This document shows, piece after piece, positions 47,532 to 58,303 of a stretch of DNA of 64,000 bases (position 1 is the stretch's first letter; each line of letters starts with the position of its first letter). Origin of the DNA: a virus. A model generated the notes under the pieces. The model had not been told where the DNA came from. It did not search any database and saw nothing but the letters and a program-made list of their open reading frames with translations. The DNA lies in the IMG/VR virus record IMGVR_UViG_3300030329_004520, positions 1-64,000 of that record. One strand, 5' to 3'. Both the position numbers and the translations under genes were made by a program.

Positions 47532-48033
47532 AAATTGGAACGAAAATTGGAGAAAATCAATCATAGTATTAAGTGGTGGATTCGACCCAGTACACAAAGG
47601 ACATTTGAGAATGTTCAGAGAAGCGAGTTGGTTAGGACACCAAGTAATTGTAGGATTAAATTCAGATGATTGGTTGACTCGTAAAAAAGACAAACCATTT
47701 ATGAAGTTTGAAGAAAGAAAAGAAATACTTGAAGGATTTAAATACATAAATCAAGTATTACCATTTGATGATTCAGATGATACGGCTAGTGATTTAATTA
47801 GAAGAGTTCATAATATTTATGATAGTGAATCACACGAACACGAATATGAAGATGCGGGTCATATGGGTATGGTGGGTTATTATCAAATTTATTTCGCTAA
47901 TGGTGGTGATAGAACTTCAGATAATGTACCTGAGATGAATATTTGTCGAGAATTAGATGTAACTATGTTATGGGGTGTCGGTGGAGGAAAAATCCAATCA
48001 TCATCTTGGTTAATAGGAGGAAAAGATGAGTAA
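47524..48033 (+). CDS. cytidylyltransferase-family (RfaE/TagD-like) nucleotidyltransferase
   Basis: SGGFDPVHKGH, GLNSD.WL.RKK, FANGGDR, K.QSSS. Confidence 0.88.
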   Translation: MRRNWNENWRKSIIVLSGGFDPVHKGHLRMFREASWLGHQVIVGLNSDDWLTRKKDKPFMKFEERKEILEGFKYINQVLPFDDSDDTASDLIRRVHNIYDSESHEHEYEDAGHMGMVGYYQIYFANGGDRTSDNVPEMNICRELDVTMLWGVGGGKIQSSSWLIGGKDE

Positions 48034-48169
48034 AGATACAACACCAGAACAATATTTAGAAATGTGGTTATCAGAACAGATACCTACAGGTGAATGGTTA
48101 CGATTATTGGAATGGAGAGAAGATATTAAAGAGGTATATGAAAAACATTTAGAGGCTAAAGATGAATAG
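48026..48169 (+). CDS. small hypothetical protein (47 aa, not in ORF track)
   Basis: AGGAGG RBS; overlaps both neighbours. Confidence 0.55.
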   Translation: MSKDTTPEQYLEMWLSEQIPTGEWLRLLEWREDIKEVYEKHLEAKDE

Positions 48170-48911
48170 AGTTTATATATTTGATGTAGATGGAACATTA
48201 ACACCATCAAGACAACCGATGACAAAAAAGTTTAGAGATTTTTTTAAAAAATGGGCTTTAGAAAACACATTTTATTTAGTTACAGGTTCTGATTTACCTA
48301 AACTTCAAGAACAAATGGAAGGTCTAGAAATACACGCCGATGGAATCTTCACTTGTTGTGGAAATGAATTTTGGCAAGCGGACCCAGCAGTACATCCAAA
48401 ATATTGTGATTTAATTTATCAAAATAGATTTACTCCACCCGATTCTCTAATTGAATACTTAGAAGAAAAATTAAAAGAAAGTAAATATTATCATAGAGCG
48501 GGTAATCATATTGAAAATAGAAAGTCTTTATTAAATTTTAGTGTAGTTGGTAGAAATTGTACATTAGAACAAAGAAAAGATTATTTTGAATGGGATAAAG
48601 AAAGAAATGAAAGAAAAAGTATAGCTACTGGTATAAAGTTTGGTTGGTCAAAACTAGATGCTGTCATAGGTGGCCAAATATCTATAGACATATATCCAAA
48701 GGGTAGAGATAAATCACAGATATTGGATATCATAGAACAAGAAAGACTTGTAAAACCTGATGAATATATTTTTATAGGTGATGGTATCAATAATAAGGGC
48801 AATGATTGGCCATTAGCAAAATTAATGCTTACTAAAAAAGATTATTGTTCATCATATCAAACAGATGGTTGGAAAGAAACACAAAAAATATTGGAGAATT
48901 TAATTGATTAA
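48162..48911 (+). CDS. HAD-IIB phosphomannomutase-like protein
   Basis: FDVDGTLTPSR, VTGSD, IENR..LNFS..GR, GGQISIDI.P.G.DK, GND.PL. Confidence 0.85.
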   Translation: MNRVYIFDVDGTLTPSRQPMTKKFRDFFKKWALENTFYLVTGSDLPKLQEQMEGLEIHADGIFTCCGNEFWQADPAVHPKYCDLIYQNRFTPPDSLIEYLEEKLKESKYYHRAGNHIENRKSLLNFSVVGRNCTLEQRKDYFEWDKERNERKSIATGIKFGWSKLDAVIGGQISIDIYPKGRDKSQILDIIEQERLVKPDEYIFIGDGINNKGNDWPLAKLMLTKKDYCSSYQTDGWKETQKILENLID

Positions 48912-51900
48912 AACAATAGCACATTTAGCAGATATACATATTCGTAAACTACATAGGTTTGTAGAATACAGACAAGTATTTAAAAAACTATACAAACAAT
49001 TAAAAGATTTAAAACCAGACGCTATATACATTGGTGGAGATGTTGTTCACGGAAAACTTGATACATCACCCGAAGAAGTCAGAATGGTTGCAAACTTCTT
49101 TTTAGAATTATGTAAGATAGCTCCAACGATTGTTATACCAGGTAATCACGATTGTAATTTAAATAACAAATCAAGAGAAGATACTCTTTCACCTATCGTA
49201 GATTTAGTACAAAAGATTACACCTAATTTACATTATTGGAAAAAGTCAGGTGTTTATACAATTGATAATGTAGATTTTGGACATATGTCAATATTTGACC
49301 ACGATAAAGAAGGTAATCAATTAACAGATGGTTTACCTAATCCAGATGATTTAAAAAATAAACATAAAGTTGCGTTGTTTCACGGTGGAGTAGATAAACA
49401 TTTATATGATAATGGGTTCGCTGTTAGAGATGAGCATGTTAAACTTGACACATTTGCTGGATATGATATGGTGTTGTTGGGTGACATACATAAAAGACAA
49501 TTCTTAAATGAAGAAGAAACAATTGCATATCCTGGTTCATTAATTCAACAGAATTATTCAGAAGAACCAAGTCACGGATTCTTATTATGGAATGTAGAAA
49601 CAAAGAAAGCTGAATATCACGAAGTAGAGAATGATTATGGTTATAAAATATTAAAAGTAGAAGAGGGTGAAATAAAAAATTCTACAACAAATGATAATCC
49701 ATTTGAATTAACATTTATGCCACCAAAAGGTAGAGTAAAGATAAAATTTTGGGATACAACACTTGAACAAATTAAAGATATACAAATCGGTTTGAGAAAA
49801 CAATATCCTAAACTTAAAGAAATAATAACAGAAAGACAAGATAATATATCAATAGGAAGTGACAGAGAAAATAAATTAGATATTGGTGATGTGAGAGATG
49901 TTAATTATCAGAATGAATTATTAGAAGATTTCTTGAAAAGAAATGTTGATGGTATAGATGATAAAACAATACAAAGAGTTCAAAAGATAAATGAAATGAC
50001 AAATGATTCACCAGAGATATATGATGGTGATATTACAAGGAATGTGGATTGGAAAATAAAGTCGTTTGAGTTTGATAATATGTTTTGTTATGGTAAAGGT
50101 AATAAAATAGATTTTAGTAAATTAGATGGAACGGTAGGAGTTGTAGCTCCTAATCATTCAGGTAAATCATCTATAATGGATGCTATTGCTTATACAATAT
50201 ATGATGTATGTAGTAGAACAACACGAGCGTTGGATGTAATGAATAAGAAAAGACAAACATTCAGAGCTAAATTAAATCTTGAAATCAATGGTATAGATTA
50301 TTGGATTGAAAGAGATGCTCAATATAAGAAAAGACAACACAAAGATGGTACAAAAACTCATATGTGTCCAGTTAAAGTTAAATTTTATATGATTGATGAT
50401 GCTGGTGAAGAAGTAGATTTAAGTGGAGCGGCAAGATTTAATTCAGCATATGGAAGTGGTACAAACGAAGAAATCAAGAAAGTGTTAGGAACATTTGACG
50501 ACTTCATCCTTACCTCGTTATCGCTACAAACCAATGGTATGAACTTCCTCGATAAGAAACAAGCCGAGAGAAAAAAAATTCTTTCTACTTTTATGGATAT
50601 TGAGGTGTTTGAACAACTTGAAACCATTGCCAAATCTGATTCCAATGAAGAGAGAATTATGTTACGACAATTTCAAAAGAAAGATTCGTATAAAGAAATA
50701 GGTACGATAAATCAAAGAATTACTGAATTAGAAAAAGATGAAAAAGAATTAGCTAATAAAGATAAACAAATAGATGATAAATTAACTGATTTAGAAACAA
50801 AAAAAATTGAATTAGTTAAAAAATTATATAAGATAGATGAGACTTATGATATAGATGAATTACAAACATTAAAAAATTCTAGTTATAGTGAAAAACAAGA
50901 TATAGAAAAAAAACTTAAAGAAGATAAAGAATATAAAGAAACTTTACGACCAATGTATATGGATTACCACAAAAAACTCGCAGAAGTTGATGAAGAGAAA
51001 ATACAATCAGATTATGAAGATTATAAAGAAATTAAAAAAGCTTTAAGAGAAATCAAAAGTCAAATGAAATTAATTGAAACTAAATCTAAATCATTGAATA
51101 GACATGCTGATGATTTAAAGAAATTTGAGTATGATGAAAATTGTGAATATTGTATTAAGAATGGTAAAGAACAAATACACGAACAAGAAGAAATACAATC
51201 TCAATTAATGGATTTAGATGAAGAATATAAAGAGTGGGAAACACACTTTAAATTAAAATCTTACGCTCTTGAAAAATTAGGTGACGCTGAGAAAAGAAAT
51301 AGAGATTACAAAATATTTTCAGATGAATTAAATCAAATATCTCACGACGCTGTTAAAATAGGTGGTAAGATAGATAAGAATGAAGCTAGATTAAAACATT
51401 TAGAAAGTAATTTAAATAACATAGATAGTAAGATTAGTAGATATTATGAATTAGAACAAAAGATTGAAACAAATAATGATTTAAATGAACAAATATCCAC
51501 ACTTACAGATAAGATATCTCAACTACAGATAGAATCAATATCAGTTGATAAAGAATATAAAAAAGTATTATCGACTTTATCAGTAGCTAAAAATCAAAAA
51601 CAACAAATAGAAGATGATATTCAAAAACTTGTTGATATAGAACAGAAAATATTAGATTATGATTTATATCTTTTAGCACTATCTAAAGATGGTGTTCCGT
51701 ATGAGTTAATCTCAAAAGCAATTCCAGCTATTGAAAGAGAAATCAATTATGTATTAGAAAATATGAATGCTGGTTTCCATATTGAATTAGAGATGAAAGA
51801 TAAAATGATTGACGCCTTTATATGTTATGGTGATGATAAATGGAATCTTGAATTATCAAGTGGTATGGAAAGGTTTGTTTCATCATTAGCAATTAGAATA

Positions 51901-52131
51901 GGATTAATCAATGTATCAACATTACCTCGTCCTAACTTCATTATAGTAGATGAGGGATTCGGTGCTTTAGATTCGGATAATATTGCTAATATGCAAGGAG
52001 CGTTTCAATACTTGAGAACTCAATTTGATTTCACTATGATTATAACTCACTTAGATACAATCAAAGATTATATGGATACATTGATTCCTATTGATGTAGA
52101 GAATGGAATTAGTAAAGTTACTTATGTATAA
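48904..52131 (+). CDS. fused Mre11/SbcD nuclease - Rad50/SbcC ATPase (gp47-gp46-like)
   Basis: DIH, GD, GNHD, GDIH, YPGS; Walker A PNHSGKSS, CEYC hook, SSGME, DEGFGALD, IITH. Confidence 0.92.
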   Translation: MIKTIAHLADIHIRKLHRFVEYRQVFKKLYKQLKDLKPDAIYIGGDVVHGKLDTSPEEVRMVANFFLELCKIAPTIVIPGNHDCNLNNKSREDTLSPIVDLVQKITPNLHYWKKSGVYTIDNVDFGHMSIFDHDKEGNQLTDGLPNPDDLKNKHKVALFHGGVDKHLYDNGFAVRDEHVKLDTFAGYDMVLLGDIHKRQFLNEEETIAYPGSLIQQNYSEEPSHGFLLWNVETKKAEYHEVENDYGYKILKVEEGEIKNSTTNDNPFELTFMPPKGRVKIKFWDTTLEQIKDIQIGLRKQYPKLKEIITERQDNISIGSDRENKLDIGDVRDVNYQNELLEDFLKRNVDGIDDKTIQRVQKINEMTNDSPEIYDGDITRNVDWKIKSFEFDNMFCYGKGNKIDFSKLDGTVGVVAPNHSGKSSIMDAIAYTIYDVCSRTTRALDVMNKKRQTFRAKLNLEINGIDYWIERDAQYKKRQHKDGTKTHMCPVKVKFYMIDDAGEEVDLSGAARFNSAYGSGTNEEIKKVLGTFDDFILTSLSLQTNGMNFLDKKQAERKKILSTFMDIEVFEQLETIAKSDSNEERIMLRQFQKKDSYKEIGTINQRITELEKDEKELANKDKQIDDKLTDLETKKIELVKKLYKIDETYDIDELQTLKNSSYSEKQDIEKKLKEDKEYKETLRPMYMDYHKKLAEVDEEKIQSDYEDYKEIKKALREIKSQMKLIETKSKSLNRHADDLKKFEYDENCEYCIKNGKEQIHEQEEIQSQLMDLDEEYKEWETHFKLKSYALEKLGDAEKRNRDYKIFSDELNQISHDAVKIGGKIDKNEARLKHLESNLNNIDSKISRYYELEQKIETNNDLNEQISTLTDKISQLQIESISVDKEYKKVLSTLSVAKNQKQQIEDDIQKLVDIEQKILDYDLYLLALSKDGVPYELISKAIPAIEREINYVLENMNAGFHIELEMKDKMIDAFICYGDDKWNLELSSGMERFVSSLAIRIGLINVSTLPRPNFIIVDEGFGALDSDNIANMQGAFQYLRTQFDFTMIITHLDTIKDYMDTLIPIDVENGISKVTYV

Positions 52132-52285
52132 CAGATAATTTCTTACCAACCTTCTTACCATTTGAAAGATGTTCAAATAATATTCTTGAAAGATTAGCTG
52201 ATACGGTTAATCCTCTCATTTTACTATCTTCTTCTAATAGTTCATCTATTTCATTACTTATTGATATTGACCTGATTTTCTTCAT
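52118..52285 (-). CDS. ribbon-helix-helix (CopG/Arc-like) DNA-binding protein, 55 aa, not in ORF track
   Basis: MKKIRSISISNEIDELLEEDSKMRGLTVSANLSRILFEHL...: beta strand, helix, G turn, S-capped helix. Confidence 0.65.
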   Translation of the reverse strand: MKKIRSISISNEIDELLEEDSKMRGLTVSANLSRILFEHLSNGKKVGKKLSVIHK

Positions 52286-52371
52286 ATTAATAAATATTAA
52301 TAATTTTTATTAATCTTTAAAAGATTCTCATAAAATTAATATTTATAGATGTAGAATCATGGAGAATTTAT

Positions 52372-55300
52372 TTGGCAATTAAAAGATATCCACCTTCGTT
52401 TGATAAGAATAAGAAGTATCCACCACAATATGATTTAGAAAATATAGATGTGTTTCTAGAATCACCTGTAGGTGATTACTTTAATATTAGTGGTCTGCCT
52501 AGTGAGATTGGATTTGGTAAACACGCATTTAGTCTTTATGTTACAGAACCACTAAATGGTTTACCATTAAAAGACTATGGAAATATTTTAATAGAAGCAA
52601 AAGATGCAGCAGGTACCTTAATATGGTCTGGTGTAACACAACATTCTGATATTAGTGGAGCAGCTGTTTGTTATATTTGGGTAAAACAAGACCCTCTTAG
52701 AACTGAAAAAAATATAATTGATGGAACTGGAACATTAACTATTGTAGGGCAATTATCTAATGTACCAAATCAATATAGAGATGTATATAATTTAAGAACT
52801 ACTATACCATTAAATATACGAAAAAGTTTTTCAAATCTCTCTCCTTTATTTTTTCAAAGTTCATCTTTAATTCAAAGTACTTTAGCAATTTCAGAACAAC
52901 TTGAAGCTGATATTGATAATGCTAACTTTAATAGGTCATATGCTGACATAACAATTAAAAATTTAGAAACTTATGGTGGTCAAGTAGATTCAATTCAAAT
53001 AAGTTACTTAGAAAGTGGTTCTTTATCGACTTTAACAGATAATGACTATACATTTTTAACGCAACATACAATACAAACAACAAGTGCTTCTTTTGAAGAT
53101 GAAATTGACTTTAAGATATCAGAAGGATTAAATCCTACTAGTCAATCATTTAGAGTATTAATGCCACCTATGGCAAATCAATCTGGTAGTGATTTTGGAT
53201 TAGATAATAATAAATTTAAATTTAAGTTTGAATTTTTAAATAAAAATAATGAAAAAGCTAAAGCAGTTACTACTAATACTGATTTAATTATTACTTCTTC
53301 TTGGATTGAGTTCGCCGGACCTGCTACGGTTATTACTGGTGAAGATAATTTAATAGCGGGTCAGATGTTTATTGGTAATTCAGTAGGTGATGGTATTGAA
53401 GTTAGTGGTCAATCTTCAGCATTTTTAAGAAGTATAGGTTATTTAGGATTTAATAGTGCATCGGCTGGTAGTGGTTCTGGATTTATGTTATATTCTGGTT
53501 CTGTTCTCGGAGCTAATACAGATGAATATTCAAATGGTGGTATAGGATTTGAATTTGTTCAAGATTCTAGTTCTTATATGAAATTTGGCAGTGCTAATAA
53601 TTTATTCGATATTAGAGCTAAAACATTTTTCGTAGGTAGTGAAACAACACAATTTATTAGTGGTTCTAGTGGTAAAGTAGAAATAAGTTCATCTAAATTT
53701 CATTTGAAACCTGATGGTAGTGTTACTATGTCAGGACAATTAGCTGTAGAAGCTGGTGGTACAATTGGTGGTTTTACAATATCAGATGATGCCCTTTCAA
53801 CAGATACTTTTATACTTAGTAGTAGTCAAGTTCTTAATGACCCTGTTTCATTTATTTCTTCTAGTGCGTTTAAAGTAAGCGCCGCCGGTAAATTAACAGC
53901 ATCAGAAGCATATATAGCAGGAGCTGTTATAACAGGCTCAACTGGTGATTTCAAATCTATAGTAGCTAGAGGAGTTAGTATAGGTGGTAGTGGTGATACT
54001 ACTGAAGGACAGATTTCAACTACACAAGTTACTGCTAGTGTTATTTCTGCGTCAAGTACATTACTTACAGGTGAATTGACAGCTTCTTCGTTAGATGTGA
54101 CAGGTACATCTACTTTTGATGGAGCAGTAACATTTAATGGTGATGTAGGTGCAGTCAGTTCTAGTAAGATAATAAGTGCTTCTCGTATTCACGGTGAATT
54201 AGGAGCAACTTTTAATGGAAATGTAATTGTAAATGGAGATGTAAAGGCAGAGAATTATATAACAGAAGAAATAACTATTATTACTTCTGAAGGTTCAACA
54301 CGATTCGGTGATACACAAGATGATAGACACGAATTTACTGGGTCTTTAGAAATTCATCACACAGGTTCAATTGGTTTTCATTTAACTGGTTCTGACGCAC
54401 GAGTAGATGGAAACATAAGTGCGAGTGGATATGTCGCTGCAAGTTCATTAAAAGGAATAAGTCCATCTGGTGGAGATTTAATAGATATTGTCAAAGCCTC
54501 AAATTCTCAAATAATTGTCGGTGATAGTGGACTGAATAACCCATTAATTCTTAATGGAAACTTATGTTCTATACAAATAGGACCTGATATTAATGAATCT
54601 TATGCCGGTGGGACTCCGGGTGATAATAAAATTACTTTTAGTACACAGAATAGTTATTTTTATGGTAAAGCTATGTTTGGAGGAATCAATACAGATTCTA
54701 GAGTACTTAGTGATACATTAACCGTAGCAGGTTCATATAGTGGAAGTGGTGATTTAAAAATATCGAATGGAACAAATACTTTACATTATGATGTATCACG
54801 ACACGCAATTTCATCAAGTGGAGCTACTCTTGATTTTATGGGAACAGATTTCTCATTCAATACAAATGATTTATTTATTGACCAATCTACAAGTAGAATT
54901 GGTATCGGAACGACAAGTCCAACAACAACATTAGAAGTAGTTGGTGACATCAGTGCGAGTGGTGTTGTATATGCTAGTAGATTCGAAGCTAGTGGTTCTG
55001 GAACAGCCATTGACATTGTTGATAATTTAGATATAACAGGAGCTCTAACGGCGAGTGCAGGTATTAGTGCTAGTGGACATATTGTTACAACTAGAGGGAT
55101 TAAATCAAAAGAAATAGATGCCAACGGTGACTTAACTCTACATAAACTTAACGCTGGCACTAGAAATATAGTATTTAAAACTGATGGTGATTCATCTGGT
55201 GATATGGATGCAGCTATAACATTAGGTTCTTCTGAAGATTTAACAATACGAACTCAAAATGATGGTGGTGATATAGAAATAAAAACTACTAATTTTGATG

Positions 55301-58251
55301 ATGCAATTTATATAGATGATTCGACACAAAGAGTTGGTATTGGAACAAATGTTCCCGGTGATAAATTTACCGTAGCCGGAAACATAAGTTCAAGTGGTGT
55401 TGGAATATTCAGTAGTTTAGATATATCTGGTAATATAGATGTCGATGGAACAACTAATTTAGATGTAGTTGACATAGACGGAAATGTAGATGTAGCTGGA
55501 ACACTTACTTTAAATAATACGACAACAACAACAGATTATATTTCATCACCATTTTATCAAAGTGGTTTCGCGGGAACAGGTTGGAGAATAGAATCAGGCT
55601 CTGAAGCAACTTCTTTGACCGTTGATGATTTAACCGTTCGTGGTAATATGAGTGTCTATGAATTACTAATACATCAAATAAGAGCTACTAATGGTAATTT
55701 ATTTATTTCAAATACAGGTAAAATAATATCGGCCAGTATAACAAATACCAGTGAACAAGAATTTAAATTATTTTTTGATACAGGTTCAGGGTATGGTCAT
55801 TCATTTAGACCAGGAGATTTAATACGAGCACAAAGATGGCAACCAGATGCTAATGGTTCAGGCTCTCAAGTTTATAAATCAGATTTAGCTATTATATCTG
55901 TTACTGATACTACTTCATCTATAGCTAGACTTACTGGTTCAATGGATGCAGGTTCAACAGATATACCACAAGCAGGTTATGAATATGTAAGAATAGGAAA
56001 CTATACTACTTCAAGTAGACAAGGTTCAATTTATATGACAGCTGATGATGGTAATGCACCATTCATTGATGTAGTTGATGATGTTACTAAACATTCAGAA
56101 TTTGGTTCAAAAGTTAAAACAAGAATTGGTAGATTATCAGGTATTACTTCTACTACTTTCCCAAGTATAGGTACAGGACTTGATGAATATGGTTTTTATG
56201 CATCTGGTTCAGCTTTCTTAGAAGGTGGTATCAATGCCACAAAGGGAAGTATTGGTAATTGGTATATAGGAACAAGTGTAATATCAAGTTCTAATATAAC
56301 ACTTGATTCTACTAATCAAAAAATAACTATACAAAATACAACTTTTGGAAATGCCGGTGTTCAATTAGAATATGCAGGTAGTAAAGGTAAATTTTCTGCC
56401 GGTGATGGTTCAAATAAATTTATAAAATTTGATGGTACAAGAGCTACAATTAAATCAGATAATTTTGAACTTGATAGTAGTGGTAATATTACAGCCTCAG
56501 ATGCATTACTAAGTGGTAAATTAACTTCAACAGAAGGTGCCATAGGTGGTTTTACAATAAATGATACAAGTTTATCAAGTACTAATTTTACTTTATCAGC
56601 GTCATCTGTCGCGGAAGAATTATTTATTTCACATTCTTCATTTAAAGTTAAAAATACAGGACAGATAACTGCTTCAGCTTTATTCTTGACTGGTTCTGGT
56701 GGTTCAAATTATTTACAATATAAAAATGGTACATTGACCGTTCGTGGTGATGTAGCAGCTACAACAATCTCAACACCAAGTGCTTCAATTAATGCAGATG
56801 GTTATTTATCAGCTACATCTGGTTCAATCGCTGATTGGATAATTGATGGTACTAATGGTACATTAACAGGTGGTAACATTGTATTAGATTCTAATTCTGA
56901 TAATGGAATAATTGCAGTCGGTAGTGGTGTATCTAAAACAGCAGGAGATGGTGTCTATATAGACGGAAATGGAAACTTTAGAGTTGGTGACTTTGATGGT
57001 GATAGAATACATTTTGATGGAAGTAGTCTTAATATAACATCTTCTAAAGTAGACATAAGTGGTAGTAAAGTAATATTAGGTGCACCGAGATTTTTACTCG
57101 GTGATAATACAAATTATATTAGTGGGTCAAATGGAAATTTAAAAATAGTAACAGGTGATGCTACATTAAGTGGTTCATCTGTTGATATATTAACAAACAA
57201 TTTTTATTTTGGTGGTGAAACAAATTATATTAGTGGGTCTTCTGATGGTATAAAATTAGTAGCTACTAATACTACTTTAAGTGGTTCTAGTGTTGATATT
57301 AAAACACCAAAGTTTTTATTCGGAACACCAAGTGGAGAATTTGCTCAATTTATAAGTGGTGCTAATGGTAATATAGAAATTTCTTCATCTAAATTCCATC
57401 TTCAAAATGATGGTGATTTAGTTATGAAAAATATGACGGCATCAAATGCTAATATACAAGGTATACTTAGTTCAAGTCAAGGTGATATAGGTGGGTTTAA
57501 AATTGGTTTAACTTCAATCGAATCAAATCAAGGAACTTTAAAACTAAAATCAAATGGTCAAATAACAGCCTCTGCAGTATCAATGTCAGGAACAATTGTA
57601 ACAGATGATATAGATGCTACAGGTGGAACGATAGGTGGATTTACACTTAATACCACATCGATAAGTGCAAGCAATTTATTTATGAAATCATCAGGACAAA
57701 TAACAGGTTCAGATGTATTATTTGATGGTGGTGAAATTGGTGGATTTTCAATAAGTAGTAATGAATTAAGTGCGAGTGGATTAATATTAAGAACAGCTCA
57801 AAGATTTACAGATGGTCAGATAACTAGTTCTAATGTACTATTTGACGGTGGTAAAATAGGTGGATTTAATATATCAGATTCTGTACTTAGTATAGATAAT
57901 ATTAAATTATCAAGTGTAGAAAAAGGTTTAGTAATTAGTAGTAGTCAAGGTACTGGTAAAGTAAAACTTTCTTCTGGAAGTTTATCTGATACGACAGGTA
58001 CTGCAACTAGTTTAATTAATAACGGGGGATTTGAAGAAGATACTGATGGTGATACAGGACAAGATGTTAAGGATTGGGGTGTAAATTCATCTACTATAGC
58101 TATAAATAGTACTAATCAATATTTCTTATGGAACTCCGGTTCAATAAAAGTGAATGTAACTGCTTCTAATCCAGCTGCTGGAAATAGATGTTTTCAAATA
58201 TCTGTACAAGCAGAACAAGGTAGTGGAGGCGGAGGTTTAGAGTCAGAGTAA
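52372..58251 (+). CDS. giant tail-fibre-like protein 1 (1959 aa)
   Basis: G.IGGF.I repeats, GIGTTSP..L.V.G.ISASG repeats; TTG start after GGAG. Confidence 0.75.
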   Translation: MAIKRYPPSFDKNKKYPPQYDLENIDVFLESPVGDYFNISGLPSEIGFGKHAFSLYVTEPLNGLPLKDYGNILIEAKDAAGTLIWSGVTQHSDISGAAVCYIWVKQDPLRTEKNIIDGTGTLTIVGQLSNVPNQYRDVYNLRTTIPLNIRKSFSNLSPLFFQSSSLIQSTLAISEQLEADIDNANFNRSYADITIKNLETYGGQVDSIQISYLESGSLSTLTDNDYTFLTQHTIQTTSASFEDEIDFKISEGLNPTSQSFRVLMPPMANQSGSDFGLDNNKFKFKFEFLNKNNEKAKAVTTNTDLIITSSWIEFAGPATVITGEDNLIAGQMFIGNSVGDGIEVSGQSSAFLRSIGYLGFNSASAGSGSGFMLYSGSVLGANTDEYSNGGIGFEFVQDSSSYMKFGSANNLFDIRAKTFFVGSETTQFISGSSGKVEISSSKFHLKPDGSVTMSGQLAVEAGGTIGGFTISDDALSTDTFILSSSQVLNDPVSFISSSAFKVSAAGKLTASEAYIAGAVITGSTGDFKSIVARGVSIGGSGDTTEGQISTTQVTASVISASSTLLTGELTASSLDVTGTSTFDGAVTFNGDVGAVSSSKIISASRIHGELGATFNGNVIVNGDVKAENYITEEITIITSEGSTRFGDTQDDRHEFTGSLEIHHTGSIGFHLTGSDARVDGNISASGYVAASSLKGISPSGGDLIDIVKASNSQIIVGDSGLNNPLILNGNLCSIQIGPDINESYAGGTPGDNKITFSTQNSYFYGKAMFGGINTDSRVLSDTLTVAGSYSGSGDLKISNGTNTLHYDVSRHAISSSGATLDFMGTDFSFNTNDLFIDQSTSRIGIGTTSPTTTLEVVGDISASGVVYASRFEASGSGTAIDIVDNLDITGALTASAGISASGHIVTTRGIKSKEIDANGDLTLHKLNAGTRNIVFKTDGDSSGDMDAAITLGSSEDLTIRTQNDGGDIEIKTTNFDDAIYIDDSTQRVGIGTNVPGDKFTVAGNISSSGVGIFSSLDISGNIDVDGTTNLDVVDIDGNVDVAGTLTLNNTTTTTDYISSPFYQSGFAGTGWRIESGSEATSLTVDDLTVRGNMSVYELLIHQIRATNGNLFISNTGKIISASITNTSEQEFKLFFDTGSGYGHSFRPGDLIRAQRWQPDANGSGSQVYKSDLAIISVTDTTSSIARLTGSMDAGSTDIPQAGYEYVRIGNYTTSSRQGSIYMTADDGNAPFIDVVDDVTKHSEFGSKVKTRIGRLSGITSTTFPSIGTGLDEYGFYASGSAFLEGGINATKGSIGNWYIGTSVISSSNITLDSTNQKITIQNTTFGNAGVQLEYAGSKGKFSAGDGSNKFIKFDGTRATIKSDNFELDSSGNITASDALLSGKLTSTEGAIGGFTINDTSLSSTNFTLSASSVAEELFISHSSFKVKNTGQITASALFLTGSGGSNYLQYKNGTLTVRGDVAATTISTPSASINADGYLSATSGSIADWIIDGTNGTLTGGNIVLDSNSDNGIIAVGSGVSKTAGDGVYIDGNGNFRVGDFDGDRIHFDGSSLNITSSKVDISGSKVILGAPRFLLGDNTNYISGSNGNLKIVTGDATLSGSSVDILTNNFYFGGETNYISGSSDGIKLVATNTTLSGSSVDIKTPKFLFGTPSGEFAQFISGANGNIEISSSKFHLQNDGDLVMKNMTASNANIQGILSSSQGDIGGFKIGLTSIESNQGTLKLKSNGQITASAVSMSGTIVTDDIDATGGTIGGFTLNTTSISASNLFMKSSGQITGSDVLFDGGEIGGFSISSNELSASGLILRTAQRFTDGQITSSNVLFDGGKIGGFNISDSVLSIDNIKLSSVEKGLVISSSQGTGKVKLSSGSLSDTTGTATSLINNGGFEEDTDGDTGQDVKDWGVNSSTIAINSTNQYFLWNSGSIKVNVTASNPAAGNRCFQISVQAEQGSGGGGLESE

Positions 58252-58303
58252 AAATAATGAAAAATAACAAAAAATATATATATATATCTAATAGAGAGAT
58301 TTA

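Noticed and set aside
58246-58303. Frameshift or T4 gene 60-style ribosomal hop joining the two fibre genes
   Set aside because: Stops in both frames, and the downstream GAG codons are not in the frame of the second gene
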